Part shown: piece by piece, positions 52,401 through 60,534 of the stretch
How positions within the stretch are numbered: position 1 is the first letter of the stretch
Layout: each line of letters begins with the position of its first letter
NCBI GenBank assembly: GCA_964016885.1
Contig: OZ024743.1
Location: forward strand, 296,856,001-296,920,000
DNA length: 64,000 nucleotides
Direction of reading: 5' to 3'
Source of the DNA: Eledone cirrhosa
Lineage: Eukaryota
Translations under genes and position numbers: made by a program
The notes under the pieces: model-generated
Told to the model about the DNA's origin: nothing
What the model saw: the letters and a program-made list of their open reading frames with translations, nothing else
Databases searched by the model: none

Positions 52401-55400
52401 TCAGTGCTCGGAAGAGCATCTAACCATAGAAAACACGGCAAACGTAGATTTATGAGGATTCTTTTGTTGTGTCAAGGGCATGACAATGTCCCTAGTGCTG
52501 GGGCTTTCATAAAATACACCTCTTACACTCTGTAACATACAGAAACGTACTTGAATACATGAGCAAGATGCAGCCTCCCCAGTCTCTCTGTTGTGAGGAA
52601 AGTGGTTCTGATTGAGGGTTGACTTGATCTGTGATAACTTAATCAACCAATGATGATGATCATCATCACCGTTTTATGTCCGTTCTTCCACGCTAGCATG
52701 GGTTAGACAGGTTGTCCTGTTGTGGGCAGTGTCTGATCGGCTGACCATGCCTTGCTCATACAGGAACTGATTTTGGCTTGATTTCTACAGCTGGATGCCC
52801 TTCCTAACACCAACCTCATTTACAGTGAGTGCTGGGTGCTTTTTTCCGTGGCGCCTACACGTCCACTATACAGTGTGGGCTGGGTGCTTTTTTGCCGTGG
52901 CACCTCCACGACCACCTTGCAGTGGGAGGGTGTTGGGGCATATTGTCTGTGTATATATAATGTCTGGTTACTCTTCAGTGCTACTGGTAACATGTAACCC
53001 AGAACAACCTGTGCATAGTCAGGTCATCGGTGACTAAACTGGCAACCCCACGTTAAGCAGTTGTCTCTTTAATTACTGTTAAATTGTGAATTGCTGCTTG
53101 TGTAGTATCAGAATTATTGTTACTACCCATGGTTCCCGAAATACTATTTCGTTAGTCCATAAGATATCTGCAGATTTTTAATGATACTTGTAAAATTATA
53201 ACACTGCATCCAATCTAGAAGATGTCAGTTATCTCCCTTACCTTTGTTTACTAGCATTTATACATACTTCTGGCTCATTCACATATAGACCTTTAGAACT
53301 ACTGTAGTGTTAAAGGGTGCAGGTGAAATGTCTGTTGAGCAGGACAGGAGTCGGATCAGAGTCAAGGAGTTCTAATACAATAGATAGTGTCATACATCAA
53401 TGGGACACCAGAACAACAAATCAAGTATCTGTAAAAAACAAAAGAAACCTGTCAGAATTATCACACCTCTATCTATCCCAGTTCTGAATATAGTCGTTTA
53501 GGTAATGAGAGCATCACATCTGATGAAGAAGAGCCATGGTGTAGACTGGCTAATGCAGCAGATATGGCTACTCTTTGTGGCAATGTATTTGTCATCTTAT
53601 CTATGGGATGTTGCTAAGATATACTGAGACATGCTGAGACATGCAACTGAGGATGAGAAGCTTGCCTTTTTTTTTTAATCATTCTTCTGTTTTTTTTTTT
53701 TTTCTGAGTATATTTGAAAAAAAAAAAAAAATTAATATTTTTCATTAATGCAAAAAAGAAAAAAACATAATTCAAGTTATTTCATATTTTTATATTATAG
53801 CTCATGAATCTGGAAGTTGTAGAAAAAAACTACACTGTCGTGAAATGGATTATTATGAATATCAGACTCCTTGTAATAAAGAAGGCTTGGTAAGATAAAT
53901 TGAATGACTTTTCCTGAAAGAGGTTTAATTGTTAATAGTAAAAATGATTGACAAGATCCCAGATCTTATTCGTTTACCGAGTGGGGTGGAACTTGTTAAA
54001 TTGGATCAAGGAAACAATGTTTCCATTGGTCTTTCTGTTGCTGATACTTTCTACCAGTTGCAACTCCTGGCAAAAAGAGCAACATAAAATAAAGTGTCTT
54101 GCTCAAGGGCATAATGCATCACCTGATCCATGAAGCGAGCTTGTAACCTCACAATTGTGAATCCAATTCCCTAACCACTAACCTATGCCCCTTCACTAAT
54201 TGTTAATAAAAGAGCAATATTTAATCTTCAAAGTGTGTAGTGAAGTTTTTGACAGTGTGCTTGTGTGTAAATCTTTCAGTCATATTTCTTGAATTGTGTG
54301 CCCATAATTGAATGTATGTTATTTAAACCCTTTGATACCAAACCACCTGAGATTATTTTACTATACAAAAAAAAAAACAACAACAATTATTTTACTATAC
54401 TAAGCTGTTTATATTCACCTAAAAACTTCCATCATAATTCTATGTAAGAATCTTTATGTTCCAACCACCAGCTTAATAATGATAAAATTATCTATAGTAC
54501 AAAATCCCTTTAGATTTGTTTATTTTCAATATTTGAAAATCAGAGGCAGTGTCTTTTGTTAGAAATATAATAATTGTTTCTACTTTTGGCACAAGGCCAG
54601 CAATTACCCAAAGCATAGCATCCGACCCTCATGTTAGAAATATAATAATGAAAATGAAAATTATTGTGTACAATGCTCAGGTGCACTACGAGCACAGGTG
54701 CACTATAATAATTGTTTCTACTTTTTGGCACAAGGCCAGCAATTACCCAGTGCATTACTGGTACTTTATTTTATCAACCCCATAAGGATGAAAGGCAAAG
54801 TTAACCTCGGCAGGATTCGAACTCAGAATGGCAAGGGCCGTAACTATGTGTCAAAGCATAGCGTCTGACCCTCTACCGATACTGCCAATCCACCGCCGTA
54901 ATAATAATGAAAGACTAAAGCTATTAAAAAAAGCAAGCATGATGCAAATGTTCAATAGGCATAAGTGTGATTAGGTATTCTAAATAGCCATGATGTTTCC
55001 TTTAACAATTGCTAGTTTGTACTGGAAGTGTTGAATTGTTTTTCATGGCTTGTATCATTATTTAGCCACCATTGACATGATGTAGCACTGTAATTTGGTT
55101 ACTTAGTGAACAACATTCTATTTGACACTCCAATGCTGCGTTTCTCAACCGGTGTTCCCCAGAATCCTAGGGATCTGCGAGAAACAATGATAAATAAGCT
55201 TCTGTGCTTTTGAGTAATAAATTTGACAAAAAAAGAGGATAATTTTTTTCCTTAAACTGGTTATTCCCCCCAAAAATTGCTGATTTTGTGGACCTTTTTG
55301 AAGCAATGTTTTACAGCTGGATGTCCTTTTTAGTTCCAACCATATTAGTTGCCTTTGTATGTAGTGAGACAGTATATCTATTCTAAACTAGATACACACA

Positions 55401-56513
55401 CACACATGTATGTATGTACATATGCATGTACATATGTATTTGATATTAGATGTTATAAGCATCAGTTTTCAGTAATTCTCTGCAAATTCTTTCTCAATTT
55501 TTATGTTATTTTCTATGATGAGTTTTTGAATTAATTTCAATTTACTTCAGACACAAACGAAATACATGTGGATGGAGCCGATGCATTGCCGAACAGATTT
55601 GCCCAATGCAACACAACTTCCTCCACCCAGTAAAGTGGAGAAGTGTCCTCAGTGTAATCCTGGAATGATGAGTGTTCTTGGAGCTGGCTGCAAATTCTGT
55701 GCAAATAATGAATATTCAGATGGGGCATCACCTTGTCAAAAATGTCCAGTTTCTACCTCTCCACAGATGGGCTATACATATAAATGGTGGTATACAATGC
55801 CCCCAAATATAACCTCTCATTGTCTTAATTTAGAAGGTAAGACTTCCATTTTCCTATGAATTAAAATGAATAGAGTGTTTTAAAATATAAAGACCAGCAT
55901 TATAAGACTCTCATACCGACAACTAAACTATCTTGAAAGCCATCCAAATATTTTATTTATTTGTTCATTGGGCTCTTAAACCCTGATAGAATTGTAGGGG
56001 TGTCATGATGTTGTACAACATTTATTTGGACAATTAAAACTGCCCATCTCTTACCAGCATTGATCCCAGCTGGTTTCTTCAAGAGAGAAAGACAGAGAGA
56101 ATGAAGCCCAGTACTGAACTTCAAAATGATGACAATGGTGAGGGTGGTGATAATGGTGATGATGTGGTGTTTCAGATGTGGGTGGGTAAATGATAGCAGG
56201 GGTGATGAGAGGAACAAGAAAAACTTGTGCACTGCGGTGGGGGAATGAAGTGGAGCTGATGTACATGTGTATGTGTGTGTAAGAGAGAGAGAAAAAGAGA
56301 TTTATAAATACATATATAGTGAAGATGATTTTTAAAAATACATATATTTGTAATAATTAGGGAACAAAGAATCAGTGTTGCATCATATTTAATAACATAT
56401 TACATATGTTTCACTGCTGATCAGCTCTTGAGGAATGATCAATTATGTTTGTTCCTGACTCTGGAATTGAAAGCTCCTCAGATAGGTGCTTTCACATGTA
56501 GACTCGCATCCAA

Positions 56514-56547
<34 letters not shown>

Positions 56548-57333
56548 GCAGGCATGGAAAAGCGAAACTTAAAAATGATGACCCCCCCCCCCTTCTCATT
56601 TTTTTCTACCAAATTCATAGTCTCCATAGTGTTTCCCAACATGTCAACTGAAGCCACCAGCCACAATAACGAAATCACTGTCATTCACCATTGAAGTAGC
56701 CTATAAGAAGATGCCATATAAGTGGTCATTCTGCTTGTCTGCAAGTACAGTTTGTGGAACGCATACAGAGATTGTTGTAGCTGTTGTATCCCCCGAGGCT
56801 AGCCTAAGTTTAATTATGCTATTATATACTCTGACTACTTCAATTACGTGGTCCATTCATTTCTTACCTAGCAGTATTCCTACACAAACCACACAAACAC
56901 TGCTACTCACTGAGAAAAATGTGTACCTATGTTCCTTGTCTGTGATGAATCACACACACTTACTTATACTTGTATTCATCCTGAAACACATGCACACACA
57001 TACACAGATAGAGAAAGTGTGTGTGTGAAAGAGATTTATAAACATATATAGTGAAGATGATCTTTCAAAATACATTTTCCGAATTGTGTATTAATATTAC
57101 AAAATCTTTTTCCAGAAACTGATTGTGTTACAAATTCTAGTTGGATACCTGCTAAAAGCTACATTCATACGAAATATGGACCTGGTGAACGCAGCTATCT
57201 CTTACTAGTCCTTGAAATACCTGGTTTCCGGGGAAACGAAGCTATTATCTTGGATAAAGGAGTGAAACTGGGCCAGTTGACATTTGTATTTGAAACTAAC
57301 TGTTCAAATCAATGTCAGTTCTACTTCATGGTG
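13585..57333 (+). CDS. ELAPOR: ELAPOR1/2 (KIAA1324/KIAA1324L, UPF0577) family endosome/lysosome-associated apoptosis and autophagy regulator; partial gene, 9 coding exons: 13585-13711, 21864-22077, 47925-48072, 48743-48832, 50183-50297, 52087-52239, 53801-53889, 55551-55836, 57116-57333
   Basis: The exons splice in frame through GT-AG sites into 480 uninterrupted codons. The translation carries family motifs HYEYTECD..GGRWRVSVP, GTYSLGGGIRFDSWDQLP, WIPKG..I, LVYTVNLVKPG, GMNVLFW, GVAFSSEC..C..GTY, CP.CNPG, YKWW.T.P, IPGFR and TFVFET.C...C.FYFM, in the same order as vertebrate ELAPOR1/2 (recalled, not aligned). Assignment to paralog 1 or 2 is not possible. Confidence 0.93.
14210..14520 (+). 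mobile_element. Old LINE (RTE-like) 3' fragment
   Basis: RRKWRRAEYV...NKWT...PR..GR resembles the RKWRWAGHV..RWT..PR..RGR C-terminus of RTE ORFs. Confidence 0.45.
15458..17051 (+). mobile_element. RTE-clade LINE family A, young 5'-truncated copy inserted in (TA)n
   Basis: Open RT frame to the stop at 16667 (HQGSVLSP, YADD, FRYLG, RLRWYGHV, GRPRKTW) with an embedded PHD finger, a 3'UTR and a (GAT)n tail; TA runs on both sides. Confidence 0.93.
17069..19110 (-). mobile_element. Old degenerate RTE-clade LINE
   Basis: (CAT)n tail at 17069; interrupted peptides YDACVRSAMLHG.ETWA, SWVHKKC (PHD remnant), RGIK.MDQVMKVMERV, RQLQEK and GKCVRSD. Confidence 0.85.
19413..19570 (+). mobile_element. tRNA-derived SINE (family 1)
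   Basis: GACATAGGCACGGCTGTGTGGTTAAAAAGTTCAC...CCACATG...GGGTTCC head with A/B-box-like motifs. Confidence 0.65.
20585..21000. repeat. Degenerate (GAT/GGT)n microsatellite
   Basis: Triplet periodicity. Confidence 0.9.
21214..21593 (+). mobile_element. Tandem pair of young tRNA-derived SINEs with Meta/MESC-like core (family 2)
   Basis: Two copies (21214-21393 and 21400-21593) of TGGCAGTATCGGTAGAG...GAGTTCAAATCC (A/B boxes) followed by TTTGCCTTTCATCCTTACGAGGTCGATAAAATAAAGTACCAG. Confidence 0.85.
21594..21785. repeat. Degenerate (CAT/CAC)n microsatellite
   Basis: Triplet periodicity. Confidence 0.9.
21864..22077 (+). CDS. ELAPOR: ELAPOR-family coding exon B (SYTCDAGHYL...GGIRFDSWDQLP...SNCS)
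   Basis: ccatttcag|CC ... TCCAA|gtaagt; 214 nt, phase 1 to 2. Confidence 0.94.
22562..23044. mobile_element. piggyBac-like (TTAA) MITE with a second TTAA MITE nested at 22626-22845
   Basis: Outer TTAA|CCCCTTTC...AAAAGGG|TTAA; inner TTAA|CCTTTTAGCAT...ATGTTAAAGGG|TTAA. Related pieces lie near 36480-36620, 45745-46300 and 54322-54545. Confidence 0.65.
23110..31352. repeat. 8.2-kb minisatellite array, 28-30 bp unit (CAGACATGGCTGAGTGGTTAAGAATAGTTA), roughly 280 copies, with higher-order duplications
   Basis: Directly visible tandem units; 30-mer (GACATGG) and 28-mer (GACGG) variants are interspersed. Copy number is estimated from array length divided by unit size. Confidence 0.98.
32462..32642 (-). 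mobile_element. Young Meta-core SINE (family 2)
   Basis: Reverse complement of the 21400 copy; flanked by the direct repeat GTAAAATAAT. Confidence 0.85.
33000..33310. repeat. Degenerate TG-rich low-complexity repeat
   Basis: GTGTTGTGTATGTTGTAG-like reiterations. Confidence 0.8.
33607..33792 (-). mobile_element. Young Meta-core SINE (family 2)
   Basis: Full-length copy with the target duplication AAAAAGAAGAAATAAT on both sides. Confidence 0.85.
33940..34265. repeat. About 40-bp minisatellite (CACCTAGAGGTTATTGGTGATATACTAAAGTGTCATGACA-like), about 8 degenerate units
   Basis: Repeated TAGAG.TTATTGGT...ACTAAAGTGTCATGA. Confidence 0.8.
34331..34518 (+). mobile_element. Young Meta-core SINE (family 2)
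   Basis: 18-bp target duplication ATTATATTTTTATGTGTC at 34313-34330 and 34519-34536. Confidence 0.88.
35225..36045 (-). mobile_element. RTE-clade LINE family C 3' fragment with expanded (GAA)n tail
   Basis: ESWVMTERIRSRIQAA.LGFL, MSQERIAGQILQAKPTGRRPRARWLD; the (TTC)n at 35225-35352 is the tail. Smaller pieces lie at about 9965-10080(-), 33425-33600(+) and 45840-46065(-). Confidence 0.8.
36631..36980 (-). mobile_element. Mariner transposon relic (3' part and TIR)
   Basis: - strand pieces VFFDYQGIVHYEY, DKVYYQGIL, P*SPGMAPSDFF (the PYSPDLAPSDF motif) and FQRCFKQW; TIR TA|CAAAGTCTGTTGAAAAAGTATTCGACCT. Confidence 0.75.
37260..38060. repeat. Degenerate triplet-derived minisatellite (ACT/ATT/GTT; about 24-bp period in its 3' half)
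   Basis: Recurrent TATTATTGCCAGTACTACAGCAC and TATTGTTGCTACCACTACAGTA. Confidence 0.75.
40472..40755 (+). mobile_element. RTE family B 3'UTR-only insertion with (GAT)n tail
   Basis: Near-identical reverse complement of 52659-52948 and of the 3'UTR of the LINE at 60535-60780. Confidence 0.85.
40822..41358 (-). mobile_element. RTE family A 3' fragment
   Basis: (CAT)n tail, 3'UTR and ORF end (GRPRKTWDDLINSDLTHLHLSKTMSLD) match 16500-17050. Confidence 0.88.
41470..41513 (+). ncRNA. Minimal type-I hammerhead ribozyme motif (Penelope pLTR-like)
   Basis: TATTTTAT-CTGATGA-GGACGTACT-GAA-ATATGTAT-A-ATAAAATA: 8-bp stem I, intact CUGAUGA/GAAA core, quasi-palindromic stem III and an AUA cleavage triplet. 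Stem II is weak. Confidence 0.55.
42156..42391. mobile_element. Tc1/mariner-like MITE
   Basis: Inverted repeat TGAATCATAAGTAACCAGGCAGTC / GACTGCCTGGTTACTTATGACTCA; right end CACCTTG|TA. Confidence 0.65.
45521..45720 (-). mobile_element. TA-flanked MITE (4309 family), copy 4
   Basis: TA|CCATATACACTTGAATATAAG ... CTTGTATTCGAGTATATACTG|TA. Confidence 0.65.
47925..48072 (+). CDS. ELAPOR: ELAPOR-family coding exon C (YGWIPKGNFIAAYPKDCATSLVYTVNLVKPGSVTFEYQFSESASLLQFL)
   Basis: atatttag|T ... CTG|gtaagt; 148 nt, phase 2 to 0. Confidence 0.92.
48743..48832 (+). CDS. ELAPOR: ELAPOR-family coding exon D (IQNSQCQNLVRDRPNQYPPATEKGQWNIVT)
   Basis: ttttcccag|ATA ... ACA|gtaagt; 90 nt, phase 0 to 0. Confidence 0.9.
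50183..50297 (+). CDS. ELAPOR: ELAPOR-family coding exon E (LHLESGMNVLFWKAF...RPVLIRKIQVE)
   Basis: tgttttttag|TTA ... GAAG|gtgaac; 115 nt, phase 0 to 1. Confidence 0.91.
50615..51590. mobile_element. Inverted pair of CORE-like tRNA SINEs (family 3): 50615-50945(+) and 51250-51590(-), with a degenerate family-2 SINE between them
   Basis: GTGGTTAGGGTG.TCA.CTCA...TTGAGCAAGACAC..ATTTC..TTACTCCAGTC..TTCAG...AAAGG.CCAGCCTT.TCACA...CTCAGCCAC in opposite orientations. Confidence 0.7.
52087..52239 (+). CDS. ELAPOR: ELAPOR-family coding exon F (GVAFSSECTKCRNGTYS...CDTVSEYS)
   Basis: tttatcag|GG ... TCAT|gtaagt; 153 nt, phase 1 to 1. Confidence 0.94.
52659..52948 (-). mobile_element. RTE family B 3'UTR-only insertion
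   Basis: (CAT)n tail followed by sequence matching 60535-60780. Confidence 0.85.
53801..53889 (+). CDS. ELAPOR: ELAPOR-family coding exon G (SHESGSCRKKLHCREMDYYEYQTPCNKEGL)
   Basis: atattatag|CT ... TTG|gtaaga; 89 nt, phase 1 to 0. Confidence 0.9.
54712..54897 (-). mobile_element. Young Meta-core SINE (family 2)
   Basis: Full-length reverse-complement copy. Confidence 0.85.
55551..55836 (+). CDS. ELAPOR: ELAPOR-family coding exon H (TQTKYMWMEPMHC...CPQCNPG...YKWWYTMPPN...LE)
   Basis: ttacttcag|ACA ... GAAG|gtaaga; 286 nt, phase 0 to 1. Confidence 0.94.
57116..57333 (+). CDS. ELAPOR: ELAPOR-family coding exon I (ETDCVTNSSWIP...IPGFRG...TFVFETNCSNQCQFYFMV)
   Basis: ctttttccag|AA ... GTG|gtaatt; 218 nt, phase 1 to 0. 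Confidence 0.92.
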
Positions 57334-57628
57334 GTAATTTATCAGCTTTTTTTTCTTACTCTTTATATAATGAACATTTCTGTTTATTAAGTGTAAGACC
57401 TTATTTTTTTTTTTTGTAATCACCATTTATGTATTTTCATTTATGCAGAGAGTAGAAAAATTTGAAGTGAGCATCTTCCTGTAGATGTGTAATGTTAGTG
57501 TGCATGAATAGCAGAGCACAAATGAGCTGAGAGAAAAACTGGGTATAAGAATAATCAAATGTAATGTGCAAGAGACGATTGTACTTGTTCGGGCATGTGA
57601 TGCATATGGAAGATAGAGATTGTATAAA

Positions 57629-60052
57629 GAGGAAAGAAAGTTCAAGCATGTTCTACAACGTGAGGACCAAAAACGTGAGGTGTTCAGGATTGCCAGGCAA
57701 TGTGTCAAGGAAAACCGTGATATTGTCGGGGAGAAGTGTGTACTTAACGATGATGGCATACTTGCCATCACCGACGCTGATAAGAAGGTAGCTTGGAAGT
57801 GTCACTACGAAAGGCTTCTAAATGAGGAGAACAAATGGGAGAAAGACAGTCTCCCCCAGATCGATCCAATAGAGGGACCAGCAGTGTTAGTTGAAGGTAG
57901 TATAATAAGTAAGGCAATCAAAGATATGAAGACGGGTAAGGCGGCTGGGCCTTCGGAAATAGTTGCTGAGATGCTGAAGGCATCTGGTTCGGTGGGACAC
58001 GCCATGGTCACCCGGATAGTTAACCAAGTCGTACAGAATGGGGTTGTTCCGAAGGACTGGCGTAGCAGCATCGTCGTTAACTGCTATAAGGGAAAAGGAG
58101 ATGCCCTAGATAGGAGTAACTATAGAGGCATTAAATTAATCGACCAGGTCATGAAGGTCACGGAAAAAGTTATAGCGCAACTAATCAGAGAGAGAATTGA
58201 TCTAGATGAAATGCAGTTCGGGTTTGTGTCAGGCAAAAGTACCACAGACGCTCTTTTCATTGTACGACAACTACAGGAGAAGTACCTAGCTAAAAGTAAA
58301 CCCCTATACTTAGCTTTCGTCGACTTGGAGAAAGCCTTCGACAGAGTCCCCCGTTCCATTATCTGGTGGTCTCTTAGAAAACTAGGTGTTGACGAATGGC
58401 TTGTGAGAGCTATACAAGCCATGTATAAAGAAACAGTCAGTAAGGTTAGAATTAACAACGAATATAGTGAAGAGTTTAGCGTAAAAGTTGGTGTCCATCA
58501 GGGCTCTGTTCTTAGCCCCCTACTATTTATTATTGCCCTTCAGGCTATAACAGAGGAGTTCAAGACCGGCTGCCCATGGGAACTCCTATACGCAGATGAT
58601 CTAACGCTCATAGCTGAATCAATGACCGAACTAGAGAAGAAATTCCAAACATGGAAGCACGGCCTAGAATCAAAAGGCCTTAAAATTAACCTGGCTAAGA
58701 CTAAAGTTCTAGTTTGTAGGAAAGAAAATAAGGCGGCGGTCCCATCTGGGAAATGGCCATGCTCAGTGTGTAGGAAAGGCGTAGGTAGAAACTCCATTTT
58801 ATGTCCCAAATGCAAAGTATGGGTGCATAAAAGATGTAGTGGGATCACAGGTAAGCTAACTAAGAACATAGATTTTACATGTGGCCGGTGCTCTGGTGCA
58901 ATAAGTAGCAGCAAGTGCCCACAAAATACTAGCTCCTTCAACTGCGCAGAGGGTTCTATAGAAATAGTGGACAGCTTCCGTTATCTGGGTGACAAAATCA
59001 GCAGTGGGGGAGGGTGCTCTGAAAGTACAGTAGCTAGAGTCAGAACTGGATGGAAAAAGTTCAGAGAGCTTATACCACTATTAGCCGCTAGAGGGTTCTC
59101 CCTAAAAATGAAAGGCAGGTTATACGATGCCTGCATACGAACAACAATGCTGCATGGCAGTGAGACCTGGGCATTGTGTGCAGAGGATATACGCAGACTA
59201 GAGAGGAACGAAGCTTGCATGCTCCGCTGGATGTGCAATAGTAATATACGTGAACGGCTAAGCATAAACGAACTAAGGAAAAAATTAGAAATAAGAGGGA
59301 TCAGATGTTGTTTACTCGAGAGAAGGCTACGTTGGTACGGTCACGTGATGCGCATGAAAGACGACAGCTGTATAACAAAGTGCAGGGCAATAAAGATAGA
59401 CGGTAGCCACGGAGTAGGCAGACCCAGAAAAACATGGGACGAGCTGATAAATTCCGACCTCACACGCTTACACCTCTCCAAGACAATGTCACTGGACCGA
59501 GACCTTTGGCGGTACTCAGTAATAGAGAAGACCCGCCTTACCTAAATACAAAGTAAAAACCTACTACAGTCAGTAGGCATCTCTATCAAAACACACCCCC
59601 GTCCCACCACCCCCACCCCATCCACACCGCCCCTTTCAATGTAAAGTTATGTTGGTCCCACAACATCCAGGCCGAAACAAATGAGATCGTGTAGGTGTCA
59701 CGACAAAAAAACACACAGTCCACGCTGTAAATGTGGCCGTGTAGGCAACACGGTAAAAACCTCCCAGCCCCACACTGTAAATGTGGTTGGTGTTAGGAAG
59801 GCCATCCAGCTGTAGAAAACCCGCCAGACAGTCCACGCTGTAATGTGGCTGTGTAGGCAACACGGTAAAAACCTCCCAGTCCCACACTGTAAATGTGGTT
59901 GGTGTTAGGAAGGGCATCCAACTGTAGAAAACCCGCCAGACAGTCCTATGCGAGCAAGACAAACACTCTTGCCTCAAGTGGGAAAACCCCCGTCCAAACC
60001 CATGCAAGCGTGGAACACGGACGCTAAACCTGATGATGATGATGATGATGAT
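57629..60052 (+). mobile_element. RTE-clade LINE family A, young 5'-truncated copy with uninterrupted RT ORF (to 59545)
   Basis: KAAGPS, YKGKGD..NYRGI, QFGF, FVDLEKAFD, HQGSVLSP, YADD, PHD insert, FRYLG; (GAT)n tail. Only 9 aa differences from the 15525-16667 copy over 380 aa. Confidence 0.95.
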
Positions 60053-60534
60053 GAAGTGTAGAATACTCAAAATGTGGAAGATGAAGAAAAAAAAATGGGA
60101 TGAGGCCCAACCCCTGCCAGCATGAAAAGTAGATGACAATGATTATGTTTAGCCTATTTATTGTTTTTTTCTGTTTAGTGAAGGTGCATTGCTTTGTTGT
60201 TAGTGTCTTAGATTAACAATCATAAAGTCATAAGTTTAATTCCTAGACAGGGTAGTTTGTCGTTTCCATAAGCAAGGAACTTCCTATCATGTTGCTTCTG
60301 TTCACTCAGCTGAAAATGAATACCAGAGGCAGCAGGGAGTTAGCGTTGCAATGGACTGGTAGTTTGTACTATTAGTTGCTTAATGCTCAAGAAATAATGC
60401 TCTGACATAATTAAAAAAACATTTTTGAAGAAGTACTCTGTCTGAAACAGAACTCACTATTTACTACAGCACAGAACCTGTGCTATTTTATCAAAATTAT
60501 AACTCCTTATCTGCACCAATATACAATATTAGTA

